From NCBI RefSeq assembly GCF_033723075.1, contig NZ_JAWVXU010000007.1, positions 18,845-82,844 on the forward strand: a stretch of DNA of 64,000 nt, given 5' to 3'. Every line of letters starts with the position of its first letter. The stretch's first letter is position 1. Below are positions 54,811 through 64,000 of this stretch, piece by piece. This stretch comes from Pseudomonas sp. (lineage in GTDB: Bacteria > Pseudomonadota > Gammaproteobacteria > Pseudomonadales > Pseudomonadaceae). The notes under the pieces are model-generated. The model saw only the letters and a program-made list of their open reading frames with translations. It was not told where the DNA came from and made no database searches. The translations under genes were made by a program, and so were the position numbers.

Positions 54811-55782
54811 TTACTGCAGCAGCGGCGAATCGGCGCCTTGCAAGTGGATGCCGACGATATCCGCCGCGCCAACCAGGGTTTGCAGATACTGGGCCACGGC
54901 CTTCTGCCATACGCCTTGTTGCAGCAGCGCGCGGATGGAGCCGGCGACCACCTCGTAGGGCAATTGCTTGCCTTCGATGCGCTGGTCGACGCTGACCACA
55001 TGCCAGCCGTAGCGACTTTCAAGCGGTTGACCGGCCAGCCCGGCAGGCAGCTTGAACAGTTGCCGCTCGAACTCGGGCACGGTCTGGCCTTTGCTCAGTT
55101 GCCCCAACGCACCGGCCTGGGCCTTGGACGGACAGGCCGAGTGGGCCAGGGCCAGTTCGGCGAAACGACCGCCATCCTGACGCAACAGCTCGAGCAACTG
55201 ATCGGCCTTCTCGCGCACCAGGCTGCGGGCCTCGGCATCGTCCGGGGCACATTCGAGCAGGATATGCCGCGCCGCCAGCAAGGGCGCGGTGACGTAGCGC
55301 GCCTGGTTGCTCTGGTAATAACGCTGGCAGCTGTGCTCGTCGCACTCCGGTAGCGCCACTTCCAGCTCGATCAGCTGGCGGGTGGCGGCCTCCTCCGCGC
55401 TTTCGCCGGGATCGGCCTGCACCGTCAAGCCCAGCTCGGCGATGCGCTGCTGCAGCAACTCACGGACCACCAGCGCCTGGGCGGCCAGAAACACCGCTTC
55501 CTCACGGTTTTGCGCCGGATGATATTGCAGCTCCTGGGCCATGGCCTCGGGCGCGATAGTCACGCCATTGACCGTGACCCGTGGCCATTCCTGCTCGCTG
55601 CTGGCGATCAGCGTAGGAGCTGACTCGACCTCTTCGGTGACTGCCTCAGGTTCATCGGCCGAGGGCCGCGATTCCGGGACTACCTCTTGTACGCCAGGGG
55701 CATCGATCATCAGATCGACTGGCGGCTTCTGTCCGCCGCAACCACCCTGCCCTGCATTGCCACCACCGCATCCGCATCCCAT
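54811..55782 (-). CDS. nar-associated NifM-like PpiC peptidyl-prolyl isomerase
   Basis: ARHILL, FAELA.AHS.CPSK..GG.LG....GQ.VPEFE, ESRYGWHV parvulin motifs; narI-nifM-moaA synteny. Confidence 0.88.
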   Translation of the reverse strand: MGCGCGGGNAGQGGCGGQKPPVDLMIDAPGVQEVVPESRPSADEPEAVTEEVESAPTLIASSEQEWPRVTVNGVTIAPEAMAQELQYHPAQNREEAVFLAAQALVVRELLQQRIAELGLTVQADPGESAEEAATRQLIELEVALPECDEHSCQRYYQSNQARYVTAPLLAARHILLECAPDDAEARSLVREKADQLLELLRQDGGRFAELALAHSACPSKAQAGALGQLSKGQTVPEFERQLFKLPAGLAGQPLESRYGWHVVSVDQRIEGKQLPYEVVAGSIRALLQQGVWQKAVAQYLQTLVGAADIVGIHLQGADSPLLQ

Positions 55783-55873
55783 GACAAGTTCCTCGTTAAT
55801 GCGTGAATCATCAGTTCATGTACCAGGCGTGTGCTGGGCCGCAGCGGATCGCCACCCGGCCCAGTACAGACGC

Positions 55874-56686
55874 TTAGAGCTCCTTGGCCTTGACCACACC
55901 CATCGCATAGCCGGGCTGCGGCGCTGGCGCGGGTGTTGCGCGACCAGGCTGGGCGAGCGGACGAACCTGCGGCCGTTGCGCGACCGGATGTACACCCTTC
56001 TGCCGGACGATCTGGTAGCGCCGCCCCAGGTACCACACCGGTGCGCTGATGATGTGCACCAGGCGGGTGAAGGGGAACAACACGAACAGGCTCAAGCCGA
56101 GGAACACGTGCAGCTTGTAGACCAGGCCCACCGGCGCGATGGCCGCAGCAGCTGCCATCGGTTGCAGGGTCACGGTGTACTGCGCCCAGTTGGCCAGCAT
56201 CACCATCACCGAACCATCCATGTGGCTGGTCGAGGCGACGATAGTCAGCAGGCCCAGGACCAGTTGCACCAGCAGCACGACCAACACCAGCATGTCCGAG
56301 GTGCTGGAACTGGCCCGCACCCGCGGATCGCCGAGGCGACGCTTGAGCAGCATTACCAGGCCGATCAGGCAGAGAATGCCGAAGAAACCACCGGAGACCA
56401 TGGCCAGCAGCTGCTTGTTCTGCGTGCTGATGACCGAGTGGTAGAGCGCCTCGGGCATCAACAGGCCGACAAAGTGACCGGCCAGGACGAACAGCACGCC
56501 GACGTGGAACAGGTTGCTGGCGATGCGCATGTAGCGTTGCTCGGCCGCCGAACGGGCGAAGATCTGGCTGGAGCCAGCCTTCCAGCTGTACTGCGACAGG
56601 TCGAAACGCGCCCAGCTGCCGATGATGCAGATGGCCAGGGCGATATAGGGATACACCCCGAACGCCAGCAGATTGATGTTAGACAT
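55874..56686 (-). CDS. narI: Respiratory nitrate reductase gamma subunit (cytochrome b)
   Basis: FGVYPYIA, RFD..QYSWK..SSQ, SNLFHVG, LH..LG...F.LFPFTRLVH. Confidence 0.95.
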   Translation of the reverse strand: MSNINLLAFGVYPYIALAICIIGSWARFDLSQYSWKAGSSQIFARSAAEQRYMRIASNLFHVGVLFVLAGHFVGLLMPEALYHSVISTQNKQLLAMVSGGFFGILCLIGLVMLLKRRLGDPRVRASSSTSDMLVLVVLLVQLVLGLLTIVASTSHMDGSVMVMLANWAQYTVTLQPMAAAAAIAPVGLVYKLHVFLGLSLFVLFPFTRLVHIISAPVWYLGRRYQIVRQKGVHPVAQRPQVRPLAQPGRATPAPAPQPGYAMGVVKAKEL

Positions 56687-57434
56687 TGCGCACCTCCTGA
56701 ACCGGCTCGACGGCCGGCCCTTCTTGCTTGAAATCCACCCAGTGCAGCGGCACCGGCACGTCTTCGCGGGCCTTGCCCGGCGCACTCTGCATGCTCGGGC
56801 AGCGGTCCTGCTGCTCGGCCTGGAGGAAGTCCACGGCCTCCTCCTCCCAGATCTTGTCGAGGGCTTCGAGCGAGTCGTCACGCACCTCGGCGGCGACCTG
56901 CTCGCGCACCTCGGCCATGGCTTCCTGCGGCTCGACGCCGGCAATCTGCAAGAGCGCGCGGAAGCAGCTGGCATAGGCGCTTTCACGCTCATCCAGACGA
57001 GTGGCCAACAACGCCAGCAGGTGCGCGACATCGGCCAGGCCCTCGCGGGCCTCCAGGTCTTCGCGGGTGGAGAGGAACTCCAGGTACAGCGGGATATAGT
57101 CGGGCAGTTCCTTGATGCCGATGGTGAAACCGGCTTCCTCGTACTGCGCCATCATGTCGACCATGGCCTGGCCACGATCACGCGACTCGCCGTGGACGTG
57201 CTCGAACAGCAGCAGCGACAGCGAGCGACCACGACCGAACAACGCGCCGTAGTGCTCCTGGCCGTCCATCAGGTCGTTGTCGCAGATCAGCGCCAGCAGT
57301 TCGTGCAGCGCGCTGCGTTGCTGCGGGCTGATCTCACGAGTGGCGCTGATGGCCTGGGCGAGTTCGTCGCGAGCTTCCAGCAGCTGCTCGGTCGGGTAAT
57401 CCAGCAACAGGGAAATCACCTTGAGAATTTGCAT
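56679..57434 (-). CDS. narJ: Nitrate reductase molybdenum cofactor chaperone
   Basis: LLDYP, LFEHVHGESRDRGQAMVD, ELPDYIPLYLEF. Confidence 0.95.
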   Translation of the reverse strand: MQILKVISLLLDYPTEQLLEARDELAQAISATREISPQQRSALHELLALICDNDLMDGQEHYGALFGRGRSLSLLLFEHVHGESRDRGQAMVDMMAQYEEAGFTIGIKELPDYIPLYLEFLSTREDLEAREGLADVAHLLALLATRLDERESAYASCFRALLQIAGVEPQEAMAEVREQVAAEVRDDSLEALDKIWEEEAVDFLQAEQQDRCPSMQSAPGKAREDVPVPLHWVDFKQEGPAVEPVQEVRNV

Positions 57435-57436
57435 GC

Positions 57437-58975
57437 TCAGTCCTCCCACAACTGTACGGTTTTGAGGATGTCGCGCTTGTTGGCCTTCTTCGCCCCGAAC
57501 ATGTTGGTGTCGGAGGAGCCACTGCAACCGCTGCCGAAGCTGAAGCCACAACCGGAACGCTCGGCGAAGGCATCGCTGGTCGCCTCCTCACGGTGCGCAC
57601 TGGGGATGACGAAGCGGTCTTCGTAGTTGGCGATGGCCAGGTAGCGGTACATGTCTTCGACCTGGGCCACGCTCAGGCCGACATCGGCCAGCACCTGCAG
57701 GTCCTGCACGCCGTCCACTTGCTCGGAGCGCTTGTAGGCACGCATCGCCAGCAGCCGCTTGAGCGCCAGCTTGACCGGGATGACGTCGCCGGCGGTGAGC
57801 AGGTTGGCCAGGTAGCGCAGCGGAATGCGCAGGCTGTCGACATCCGGGATCACCCCGTTCATGCCCACGGTGCCGGCGGTCGCGGCGTTCTGGATCGGCG
57901 ACAGTGGCGGCACGTACCAGACCATCGGCAGGGTGCGGTATTCCGGGTGCAGCGGCAGCGCCAGCTTCCAGTCGACCGCCAGTTTGTACACCGGGGATTT
58001 CTGCGCGGCGTCGATCACCGACATCGGTACGCCGTCGGCCAGGGCCTGGGCGATGACCTTCGGGTCATTCGGGTCGAGGAAGATCTCCAGTTGCTTGTGG
58101 TACAGGTCCTGCTCGTTCGGCGTGCTGGCCACTTCAAGGATGCGGTCGGCGTCATACAGCAACACGCCGAGGTAGCGGATGCGGCCCACGCAGGTTTCCG
58201 AGCACACGGTCGGCATGCCGGCCTCGATGCGCGGGTAGCAGAAGATGCATTTCTCGGATTTACCGCTCTTCCAGTTGAAGTAGATCTTCTTGTACGGGCA
58301 ACCGCTGATGCACATGCGCCAGCCGCGGCATTTCTCCTGGTCGATCAGTACGATGCCGTCTTCTTCGCGCTTGTAGATCGCCCCGCTCGGGCAGGAGGCC
58401 GCGCAGGTCGGGTTGAGGCAGTGCTCGCACAGACGCGGCAGGTACATCATGAAAGTATTTTCATACTCGCCATAGATGTCGGCCTGGATCTGGTCGAAGT
58501 TCTTGTCCTTGCGCCGCTTGGCGAACTCGGTGCCGAGAATCTCTTCCCAGTTCGGGCCCCACTCGATCTTCTGCATGCGCTTGCCGGTGATCACCGAACG
58601 CGGTCGTGCGACCGGCTGGTGTTCACCCAGGGGGGCGGTGTGCAGATGCTGGTAGTCGAAATCGAACGGCTCGTAGTAGTCGTCGATGGTCGGCAGGTCC
58701 GGGTTGGCGAAGATGTTCGCCAGCACGCGGAACTTGCCGCCGATCTTCGGGTTGATCGAGCCGTCCTTGTTGCGGATCCAGCCGCCGCGCCATTTGTCCT
58801 GGTTTTCCCATTCCTTGGGGTAGCCGATCCCGGGCTTGGTCTCGACGTTGTTGAACCAGGCGTATTCCATGCCTTCGCGGCTGGTCCAGACGTTCTTGCA
58901 GGTGATCGAACAGGTGTGGCAACCGATGCACTTGTCCAGGTTGAGGACCATGCCGACTTGTGAACGAATTTTCAT
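57437..58975 (-). CDS. narH: Respiratory nitrate reductase beta subunit
   Basis: LNLDKCIGCHTCSITCK, PRLCEHCLNP.C..SCP, CRGWRMC.SGCPYKK, CIFCYPR. Confidence 0.98.
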   Translation of the reverse strand: MKIRSQVGMVLNLDKCIGCHTCSITCKNVWTSREGMEYAWFNNVETKPGIGYPKEWENQDKWRGGWIRNKDGSINPKIGGKFRVLANIFANPDLPTIDDYYEPFDFDYQHLHTAPLGEHQPVARPRSVITGKRMQKIEWGPNWEEILGTEFAKRRKDKNFDQIQADIYGEYENTFMMYLPRLCEHCLNPTCAASCPSGAIYKREEDGIVLIDQEKCRGWRMCISGCPYKKIYFNWKSGKSEKCIFCYPRIEAGMPTVCSETCVGRIRYLGVLLYDADRILEVASTPNEQDLYHKQLEIFLDPNDPKVIAQALADGVPMSVIDAAQKSPVYKLAVDWKLALPLHPEYRTLPMVWYVPPLSPIQNAATAGTVGMNGVIPDVDSLRIPLRYLANLLTAGDVIPVKLALKRLLAMRAYKRSEQVDGVQDLQVLADVGLSVAQVEDMYRYLAIANYEDRFVIPSAHREEATSDAFAERSGCGFSFGSGCSGSSDTNMFGAKKANKRDILKTVQLWED

Positions 58976-58986
58976 GGCATCAATCC

Positions 58987-61900
58987 TCAAATGTCTTGTG
59001 GCAGGGGTTGTGGCAGGGCTTCGTCGCCCAGGCCGCCGACATCGGTACCGTCAAGCCAGTTGACCTTGTCCATTTTGCGCACCACGACGAACTCGTCGCG
59101 GTTGCAACCGACCGTGCCGTAATAGTTGAAACCGTAGGCCTGCTGGGCGTAGCCACCGATCATGTGGGTGGGCTTGAGCACCACGCGGGTCACCGAGTTG
59201 TGGTGGCCGCCGCGAGTCTTGGTGGTCTCGCTGCCGGGCACGTTCACGATGCGTTCCTGGGCGTGGTACATCATCACCATGCCGTCCTTGACCCGCTGGC
59301 TGACTACCGCACGGGCGGTCAGGGCGCCGTTGGCGTTGAAGCACTCGACCCAGTCGTTGTCCTCGATGCCGGCGCGCTTGGCGTCGGTTTCCGAGAGCCA
59401 GATGATCGGCCCGCCACGGCTCAGGGTGAGCATGATCAGGTTGTCGCTGTAGGTGCTGTGGATGCCCCACTTCTGGTGCGGAGTGATCCAGTTGAGGACG
59501 ATCTCGGTATTGCCGTTCGGCCGCTTGCCTTTGACGTAGTCGATGGTGCGGGTGTTGATCGGCGGCCGGTAGCTCATCATCTGTTCGCCAAACGCCTGCA
59601 TCCAAGGGTGATCCTGGTAGAACTGCTGGCGGCCGGTGATGGTGCGCCAGGGGATGAACTCGTGGACGTTGGTGTAGCCGGCGTTGTAGCTGACCTTCTC
59701 GTCTTCGAGACCCGACCAGGTCGGGCTGGAGATGATCTTGCGCGGCTGCGCCTGGATGTCGCGAAAGCGGATCGCCTCGTGCGCCTTGTTGATCGCCAGG
59801 TGGCTGTGATCCAGCCCGGTGAACTCGGACAACGCCGCCCAGGCCTTGAGCGCCACGTGGCCGTTGGTTTCCGGGGCCAGGGTGAGGATCACCTCGCAGG
59901 CATCGATCGCCGACTCGATCTGCGGCCGGCCTTTGCTGACGCCTTCGGCACGCACCTTGTGGTTGAGTTCGCCGAGGAACTCGACCTCATGCTCGGTGTT
60001 CCAGTTGATGCCCTTGCCGCCGTTGCCTTGCTTGTCGAGCAACGGGCCGAGGGAGGCGAACTTCTTGTAGACGTTCGGGTAGTCGCGCTCGACCACGGTC
60101 ATGTTCGGGCAGTTCTTGCCCGGCACCGGAGCTTCGCCGGCGGTTTTCCAGTCGATGCCGCCGAACGGCTGGGCCAGTTCGCCGGGGCTGTCGTGCATCA
60201 TCGGCACGGTGACCAGATCCTGCTCGACACCCAGTTGGCCGACCGACATCTCGGAGAAGGCCTTGGCGATGCCCTTATAGATTTCCCAGTCGGAACGCGA
60301 TTCCCAGGCCGGATCGATGGCCGCGGACAGCGGGTGGATAAAGGGGTGCATGTCCGAGGTGTTCATGTCGTCCTTCTCGTACCAGGTCGCCGTCGGCAGA
60401 ACTATGTCCGAGTAGACGCAGGTGGAAGACATGCGGAAGTCCAGGGTGGTGACCAGATCGAGCTTGCCGATCGCGCCTTCGTCCACCCACTCGACGTCGT
60501 TCGGCTTGAAGCCGCCACGCTTGCCGAGGTCTTCGTTCATCACGCCGTTCTTGGTACCGAGCAGGTACTTGAGCATGTACTCGTGGCCCTTGCCCGAAGA
60601 ACCCAGCAGGTTGGAACGCCAGATAAACATGTTGCGCGGGAAGTTGACCGGGTTGTCCGGCTGCTCGCAGGCGAAGCGCAGCGAGTCGTCCTGCAGCGAC
60701 TTGAGTACGTAATCCACCGGCGACATGCCGGCCGCCTTGGCGTCACGAGTGATCTGCAGCGGGTTGCGGTTCATCTGCGGGGCGCTCGGCAACCAGCCGG
60801 CGCGTTCGGCGCGGATGTTGTAGTCCAGCGCGTGCTCGGGGAACTGCGACTTGTCGGCCAGCGGCGAGAGCACTTCGTGCATGCTCATCTTCTCGTGACG
60901 CCACTGCGAACTGTGGGCATAGAAGAAGCTGGTGCCGTTCATCTGGCGTGGCGGACGGCTCCAGTCCAGACCGAAGGCCAGGGGCAGCCAGCCGCACTGT
61001 GGGCGCAGTTTTTCCTGGCCGACATAGTGGGCCCAACCGCCGCCGGTTTGACCGACGCAACCGCACATCATCAGCATGTTGATCAGGCCGCGGTAGTTCA
61101 TGTCCATGTGGTACCAGTGGTTCATCGCCGCACCGACGATGATCATGGAACGGCCCTTGGTCTTGTCGGCGTTGTCGGCGAATTCACGGGCGATCTGGAT
61201 CGCCTTCTCGCGCGACACGCCGGTGATCAGTTCCTGCCAGGCTGGGGTGCCCGGTACGCTAGCGTCGTCGTAATCCTTGGCAACGTTGCTGCCACCCAGG
61301 CCGCGGTCGATCGCCAGGTTGGCTGCCGACAGGTCGAACACGGTGGCGACCTTGGCTTGAGTGCCGTCGGCCAGGGTGATAGTGCGCACCGGCACCCGAC
61401 GCAGTTGCACGGCTTCGCCGGCGACATGCTGGAAGTGCTCGTGGGTCTGGCCGCCGAAATACGGGAAGGCCACTTCGGCGATCTCTTCGCCGATCAGGCT
61501 GAGTTGCAGCTTGACCTCGCGACCGTCACCGCCTTCGCGGGCTTCGATGTTCCACTTGCCCTTCTCGCCCCAGCGGTAGCCGATCGAACCCAGCGGCGAG
61601 ACCAGTTGATTGGTTTCGCTGTCCAGGGCAATGGTTTTCCACTCGGGGTTGTTGTCCTGGCCAAGGTTGTCGGTCAGGTCGGCGGCGCGCAGGAAGCGGT
61701 CCGGCTGGTAGCCGTTCAGCTCAGGCGTGGCACCGACGTGATCCTTGAGCAGCACCAGCACCGGGAAGTCGGTGTAGCGGCGCACGTAGTCGGTGAAGTA
61801 GGCGCTCGGCTTGTCGAGGTGGAATTCCTTGAAAATGACGTGGTTGAACGCCTGGGCCAGCGCCGCATCGGTGCCCTGCTTGGGGTTCAGCCAGAGGTCG

Positions 61901-62772
61901 GTGAGCTTGGCCACCTCGGAGTAGTCCGGGGTGATGGATACGGTCTTGGTGCCCTTGTAACGCACCTCGGTAAAGAAGTGCGCGTCCGGCGTGCGCGTCT
62001 GCGGCACGTTGGAGCCCCAGGCAATGATGTAGTTGGAGTTGTACCAGTCGGCCGATTCCGGCACGTCGGTCTGCTCGCCCCACACCTGCGGCGAGGACGG
62101 CGGCAGGTCGCAGTACCAGTCGTAGAACGACAGGCAGACGCCGCCGATCAGCGACAGGTAACGGCTGCCCGCGGCGTAGCTGACCATCGACATGGCCGGG
62201 ATCGGCGAGAAGCCGACCACGCGGTCCGGGCCGTGCTCCTTGACGGTGTAGACGTTGGCCGCGGCGATGATCTCGTTGACTTCGTTCCAGCTCGAGCGGA
62301 TGAAACCGCCCATGCCACGCTTGCTCTTGTAGGACTCGGCCTTGACCGGGTCTTCGACGATGCTCGCCCAGGCCTCGACCGGGTTCAGGCTGGCCCGGGC
62401 TTCGCGCCAAAGCTTGAGCAGGGGTTTACGGACCTTGGGGTATTTAAGGCGGTTGGCGCTGTAGATGTACCAGCTGTAGCTGGCACCACGTGGACAGCCG
62501 CGCGGCTCGTGGTTGGGCAGGTCGTTGCGGGTACGCGGGTAATCGGTCTGCTGGGTTTCCCAGGTGATCAGGCCGTTCTTCACGTAGATCTTCCACGAGC
62601 ACGAGCCGGTGCAGTTCACCCCATGGGTGGAACGCACGATCTTGTCGTACTGCCAGCGCGCACGGTAGACGTTCTCCCAATCGCGGGACTCGATGCGGGT
62701 TTCGCCATGACCATCGGCGAATTCACCCTGCTTACGGTTGAAGAAACGCAATTGGTCGAGTAGATGACTCAT
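58987..62772 (-). CDS. narG: Respiratory nitrate reductase alpha subunit
   Basis: VRSTHGVNCTGSCSWK, PRGCPRGAS, YDWYCDLP, TPHQKWGIHS; 1261 aa. Confidence 0.99.
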   Translation of the reverse strand: MSHLLDQLRFFNRKQGEFADGHGETRIESRDWENVYRARWQYDKIVRSTHGVNCTGSCSWKIYVKNGLITWETQQTDYPRTRNDLPNHEPRGCPRGASYSWYIYSANRLKYPKVRKPLLKLWREARASLNPVEAWASIVEDPVKAESYKSKRGMGGFIRSSWNEVNEIIAAANVYTVKEHGPDRVVGFSPIPAMSMVSYAAGSRYLSLIGGVCLSFYDWYCDLPPSSPQVWGEQTDVPESADWYNSNYIIAWGSNVPQTRTPDAHFFTEVRYKGTKTVSITPDYSEVAKLTDLWLNPKQGTDAALAQAFNHVIFKEFHLDKPSAYFTDYVRRYTDFPVLVLLKDHVGATPELNGYQPDRFLRAADLTDNLGQDNNPEWKTIALDSETNQLVSPLGSIGYRWGEKGKWNIEAREGGDGREVKLQLSLIGEEIAEVAFPYFGGQTHEHFQHVAGEAVQLRRVPVRTITLADGTQAKVATVFDLSAANLAIDRGLGGSNVAKDYDDASVPGTPAWQELITGVSREKAIQIAREFADNADKTKGRSMIIVGAAMNHWYHMDMNYRGLINMLMMCGCVGQTGGGWAHYVGQEKLRPQCGWLPLAFGLDWSRPPRQMNGTSFFYAHSSQWRHEKMSMHEVLSPLADKSQFPEHALDYNIRAERAGWLPSAPQMNRNPLQITRDAKAAGMSPVDYVLKSLQDDSLRFACEQPDNPVNFPRNMFIWRSNLLGSSGKGHEYMLKYLLGTKNGVMNEDLGKRGGFKPNDVEWVDEGAIGKLDLVTTLDFRMSSTCVYSDIVLPTATWYEKDDMNTSDMHPFIHPLSAAIDPAWESRSDWEIYKGIAKAFSEMSVGQLGVEQDLVTVPMMHDSPGELAQPFGGIDWKTAGEAPVPGKNCPNMTVVERDYPNVYKKFASLGPLLDKQGNGGKGINWNTEHEVEFLGELNHKVRAEGVSKGRPQIESAIDACEVILTLAPETNGHVALKAWAALSEFTGLDHSHLAINKAHEAIRFRDIQAQPRKIISSPTWSGLEDEKVSYNAGYTNVHEFIPWRTITGRQQFYQDHPWMQAFGEQMMSYRPPINTRTIDYVKGKRPNGNTEIVLNWITPHQKWGIHSTYSDNLIMLTLSRGGPIIWLSETDAKRAGIEDNDWVECFNANGALTARAVVSQRVKDGMVMMYHAQERIVNVPGSETTKTRGGHHNSVTRVVLKPTHMIGGYAQQAYGFNYYGTVGCNRDEFVVVRKMDKVNWLDGTDVGGLGDEALPQPLPQDI

Positions 62773-62861
62773 CTCTTTTTCCTCTCAGGCTTGCTGCGGG
62801 ATCTGCGTCCCGCACACGCAATGATTCGATTCTGTTAACGCGAGTCGCGCAGCGGCGACTT

Positions 62862-62913
62862 CCTCATGCCCTTCTCCCTCCGGGAGAAGGTGGCGCGCAG
62901 CGCCGGATGAGGG
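62862..62913. repeat. GGGAGA-type palindromic repeat between narK2 and narG
   Basis: CCTTCTCCC-TCC-GGGAGAAGG hairpin within CCTCAT...ATGAGG. Confidence 0.6.
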
Positions 62914-62926
62914 AGGCGGTACGCCG

Positions 62927-64000
62927 CTAGCAGGGGACTTCTGCGCCTTTGCGCGAGTACCACCACCAGGTCACCCCGATGCAGCTGACGTAGAAGCCGA
63001 TGAACACGTACAGGGCCATTTGCGGGCCGCCGGTAAGGGCCATCGAGGTGCCGAAAGACTTCGGAATAAAGAAGGCGCCGTAGGCCGCCACAGCCGAACT
63101 GAAGCCGAGTACCGCGGCCGCTTCCTTGCCGGCGTTCTTGATCGCCTGCTCCTTGATCGCCGCCGTTTTACCGATGCTGCCGCGCTCGTGCAGGGTGCGG
63201 AAGATCACCGGAATCATGCGGAAGGTGGAGCCGTTGCCGATGCCGGTGGTGACGAACAGCAACATGAACATGGCCAGGAAGCCGTAGAAGTTGCCCGCGG
63301 TGCCGGCTACCGGGATGAAGGCGAGGACGCCGAACACCGCCGCGATCATCAGCACGAAGTTCCACAGGGTCACCCGTGCGCCGCCCAGCTTGTCGGCCAG
63401 CCAGCCACCCAGCGGGCGCACCAGGGCACCAACCAACGGACCGAGGAAGGCAAACTGCAGTGGATCGACGCCAGGAAACTGGGTCTTGATCAGCATCGGG
63501 AAGCCAGCGGCGAAGCCGATGAAGGAGCCGAAGGTGGCCAGGTACAGCCAGCACATCAACCAGTTGTGCTTGCGCTTGAAGATCACCGCCTGCTCGCTGA
63601 AGGATGCCTTGGCGCTGCTCAGGTCGTGCATGCCGAACCAGGCCGCCACGGCCACCGCGAGGATAAACGGCACCCAGATGAAGCCGGCATTCTGCAGCCA
63701 CAGCTGGCTACCTTCGCCCAGTTCCTGGGCCTGACCGCCGACTGCGCCGAACAGGCCGACGCCAATCACCAGCGGCACGCTGAACTGCATCACCGATACG
63801 CCGAGGTTGCCCAGGCCGGCATTCAGGCCGAGCGCGGTGCCCTGCTGCGACTTGGGATAGAAGAAGCTGATGTTGGCCATGCTCGAGGCGAAGTTGCCGC
63901 CACCGAAGCCGCACAGCAGCGCGATGATCACGAACACGCTGTAGGTGGTGCTGGGGTCCTGCACGGCGAAGCCCATCCACACTGCCGGCAGCAGCAGCGA
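62927..64000 (-). CDS. narK2: Nitrate/nitrite transporter NarK2 (5' end outside the window)
   Basis: CGFGGGNFASSMANISFFYPK, GLNAGLGNLG, YL.TFGSFIGF, GIGNGSTF; MFS nitrate signature. Confidence 0.92.
   Translation of the reverse strand, partial: SLLLPAVWMGFAVQDPSTTYSVFVIIALLCGFGGGNFASSMANISFFYPKSQQGTALGLNAGLGNLGVSVMQFSVPLVIGVGLFGAVGGQAQELGEGSQLWLQNAGFIWVPFILAVAVAAWFGMHDLSSAKASFSEQAVIFKRKHNWLMCWLYLATFGSFIGFAAGFPMLIKTQFPGVDPLQFAFLGPLVGALVRPLGGWLADKLGGARVTLWNFVLMIAAVFGVLAFIPVAGTAGNFYGFLAMFMLLFVTTGIGNGSTFRMIPVIFRTLHERGSIGKTAAIKEQAIKNAGKEAAAVLGFSSAVAAYGAFFIPKSFGTSMALTGGPQMALYVFIGFYVSCIGVTWWWYSRKGAEVPC

Noticed and set aside
58960-62763. 1267-aa plus-strand ORF opposite narG; similar long antisense ORFs at 21094-23313, 31526-33283, 45090-47510 and 49343-50686
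   Set aside because: Shadow ORFs caused by the G/C third-position bias of the real genes; no motifs or RBS

Overview
GC-rich Pseudomonadaceae chromosomal window (non-fluorescent, denitrifier-like). No prophage, IS transposase, integrase or CRISPR array is visible. 1-33.3 kb is conserved core genome: tRNA-Ser, yccA, tusDCBE, ybiB-like, yqjG, cysG-serS-crcB-rarA-lolA-ftsK, trxB-aat-bpt-infA, clpAS, cspD, icd/idh, nudJ-mnmA-hflD-EamA-purB, ycfD-GNAT-hypothetical-mini-secretin, aceA. 33.5-64 kb is an accessory block with three parts: (i) two Dnr-type Crp/Fnr regulators with a DGC gene and dnrO/dnrP, preceded by Anr/Dnr boxes and a NorR-type sigma54 promoter; (ii) the regulatory and uptake half of a ped/exa PQQ-lanthanide cluster (pedS2R2, pedA1A2BC, rhodanese, agmR, nosP-nahK, porin, pqqF), with no PQQ dehydrogenase, cytochrome c550 or pqqABCDE in the window; (iii) the nar operon (narK2GHJI, NifM-like PPIase, moaA). 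Best leads: the dehydrogenase-less lanthanide module wedged between NO/nitrate-respiration genes; a copper-ligand-less cupredoxin-like protein coupled to the PedS2 sensor; the NorR/sigma54 architecture upstream of dnrO-dnrD; a shared operator motif; an unannotated 30-aa membrane peptide; synonymously recoded patches in purB and ycfD; and a 210-bp nested fold-back element after infA. All family assignments come from motif recognition and synteny recalled from known Pseudomonas loci; no database search was run.
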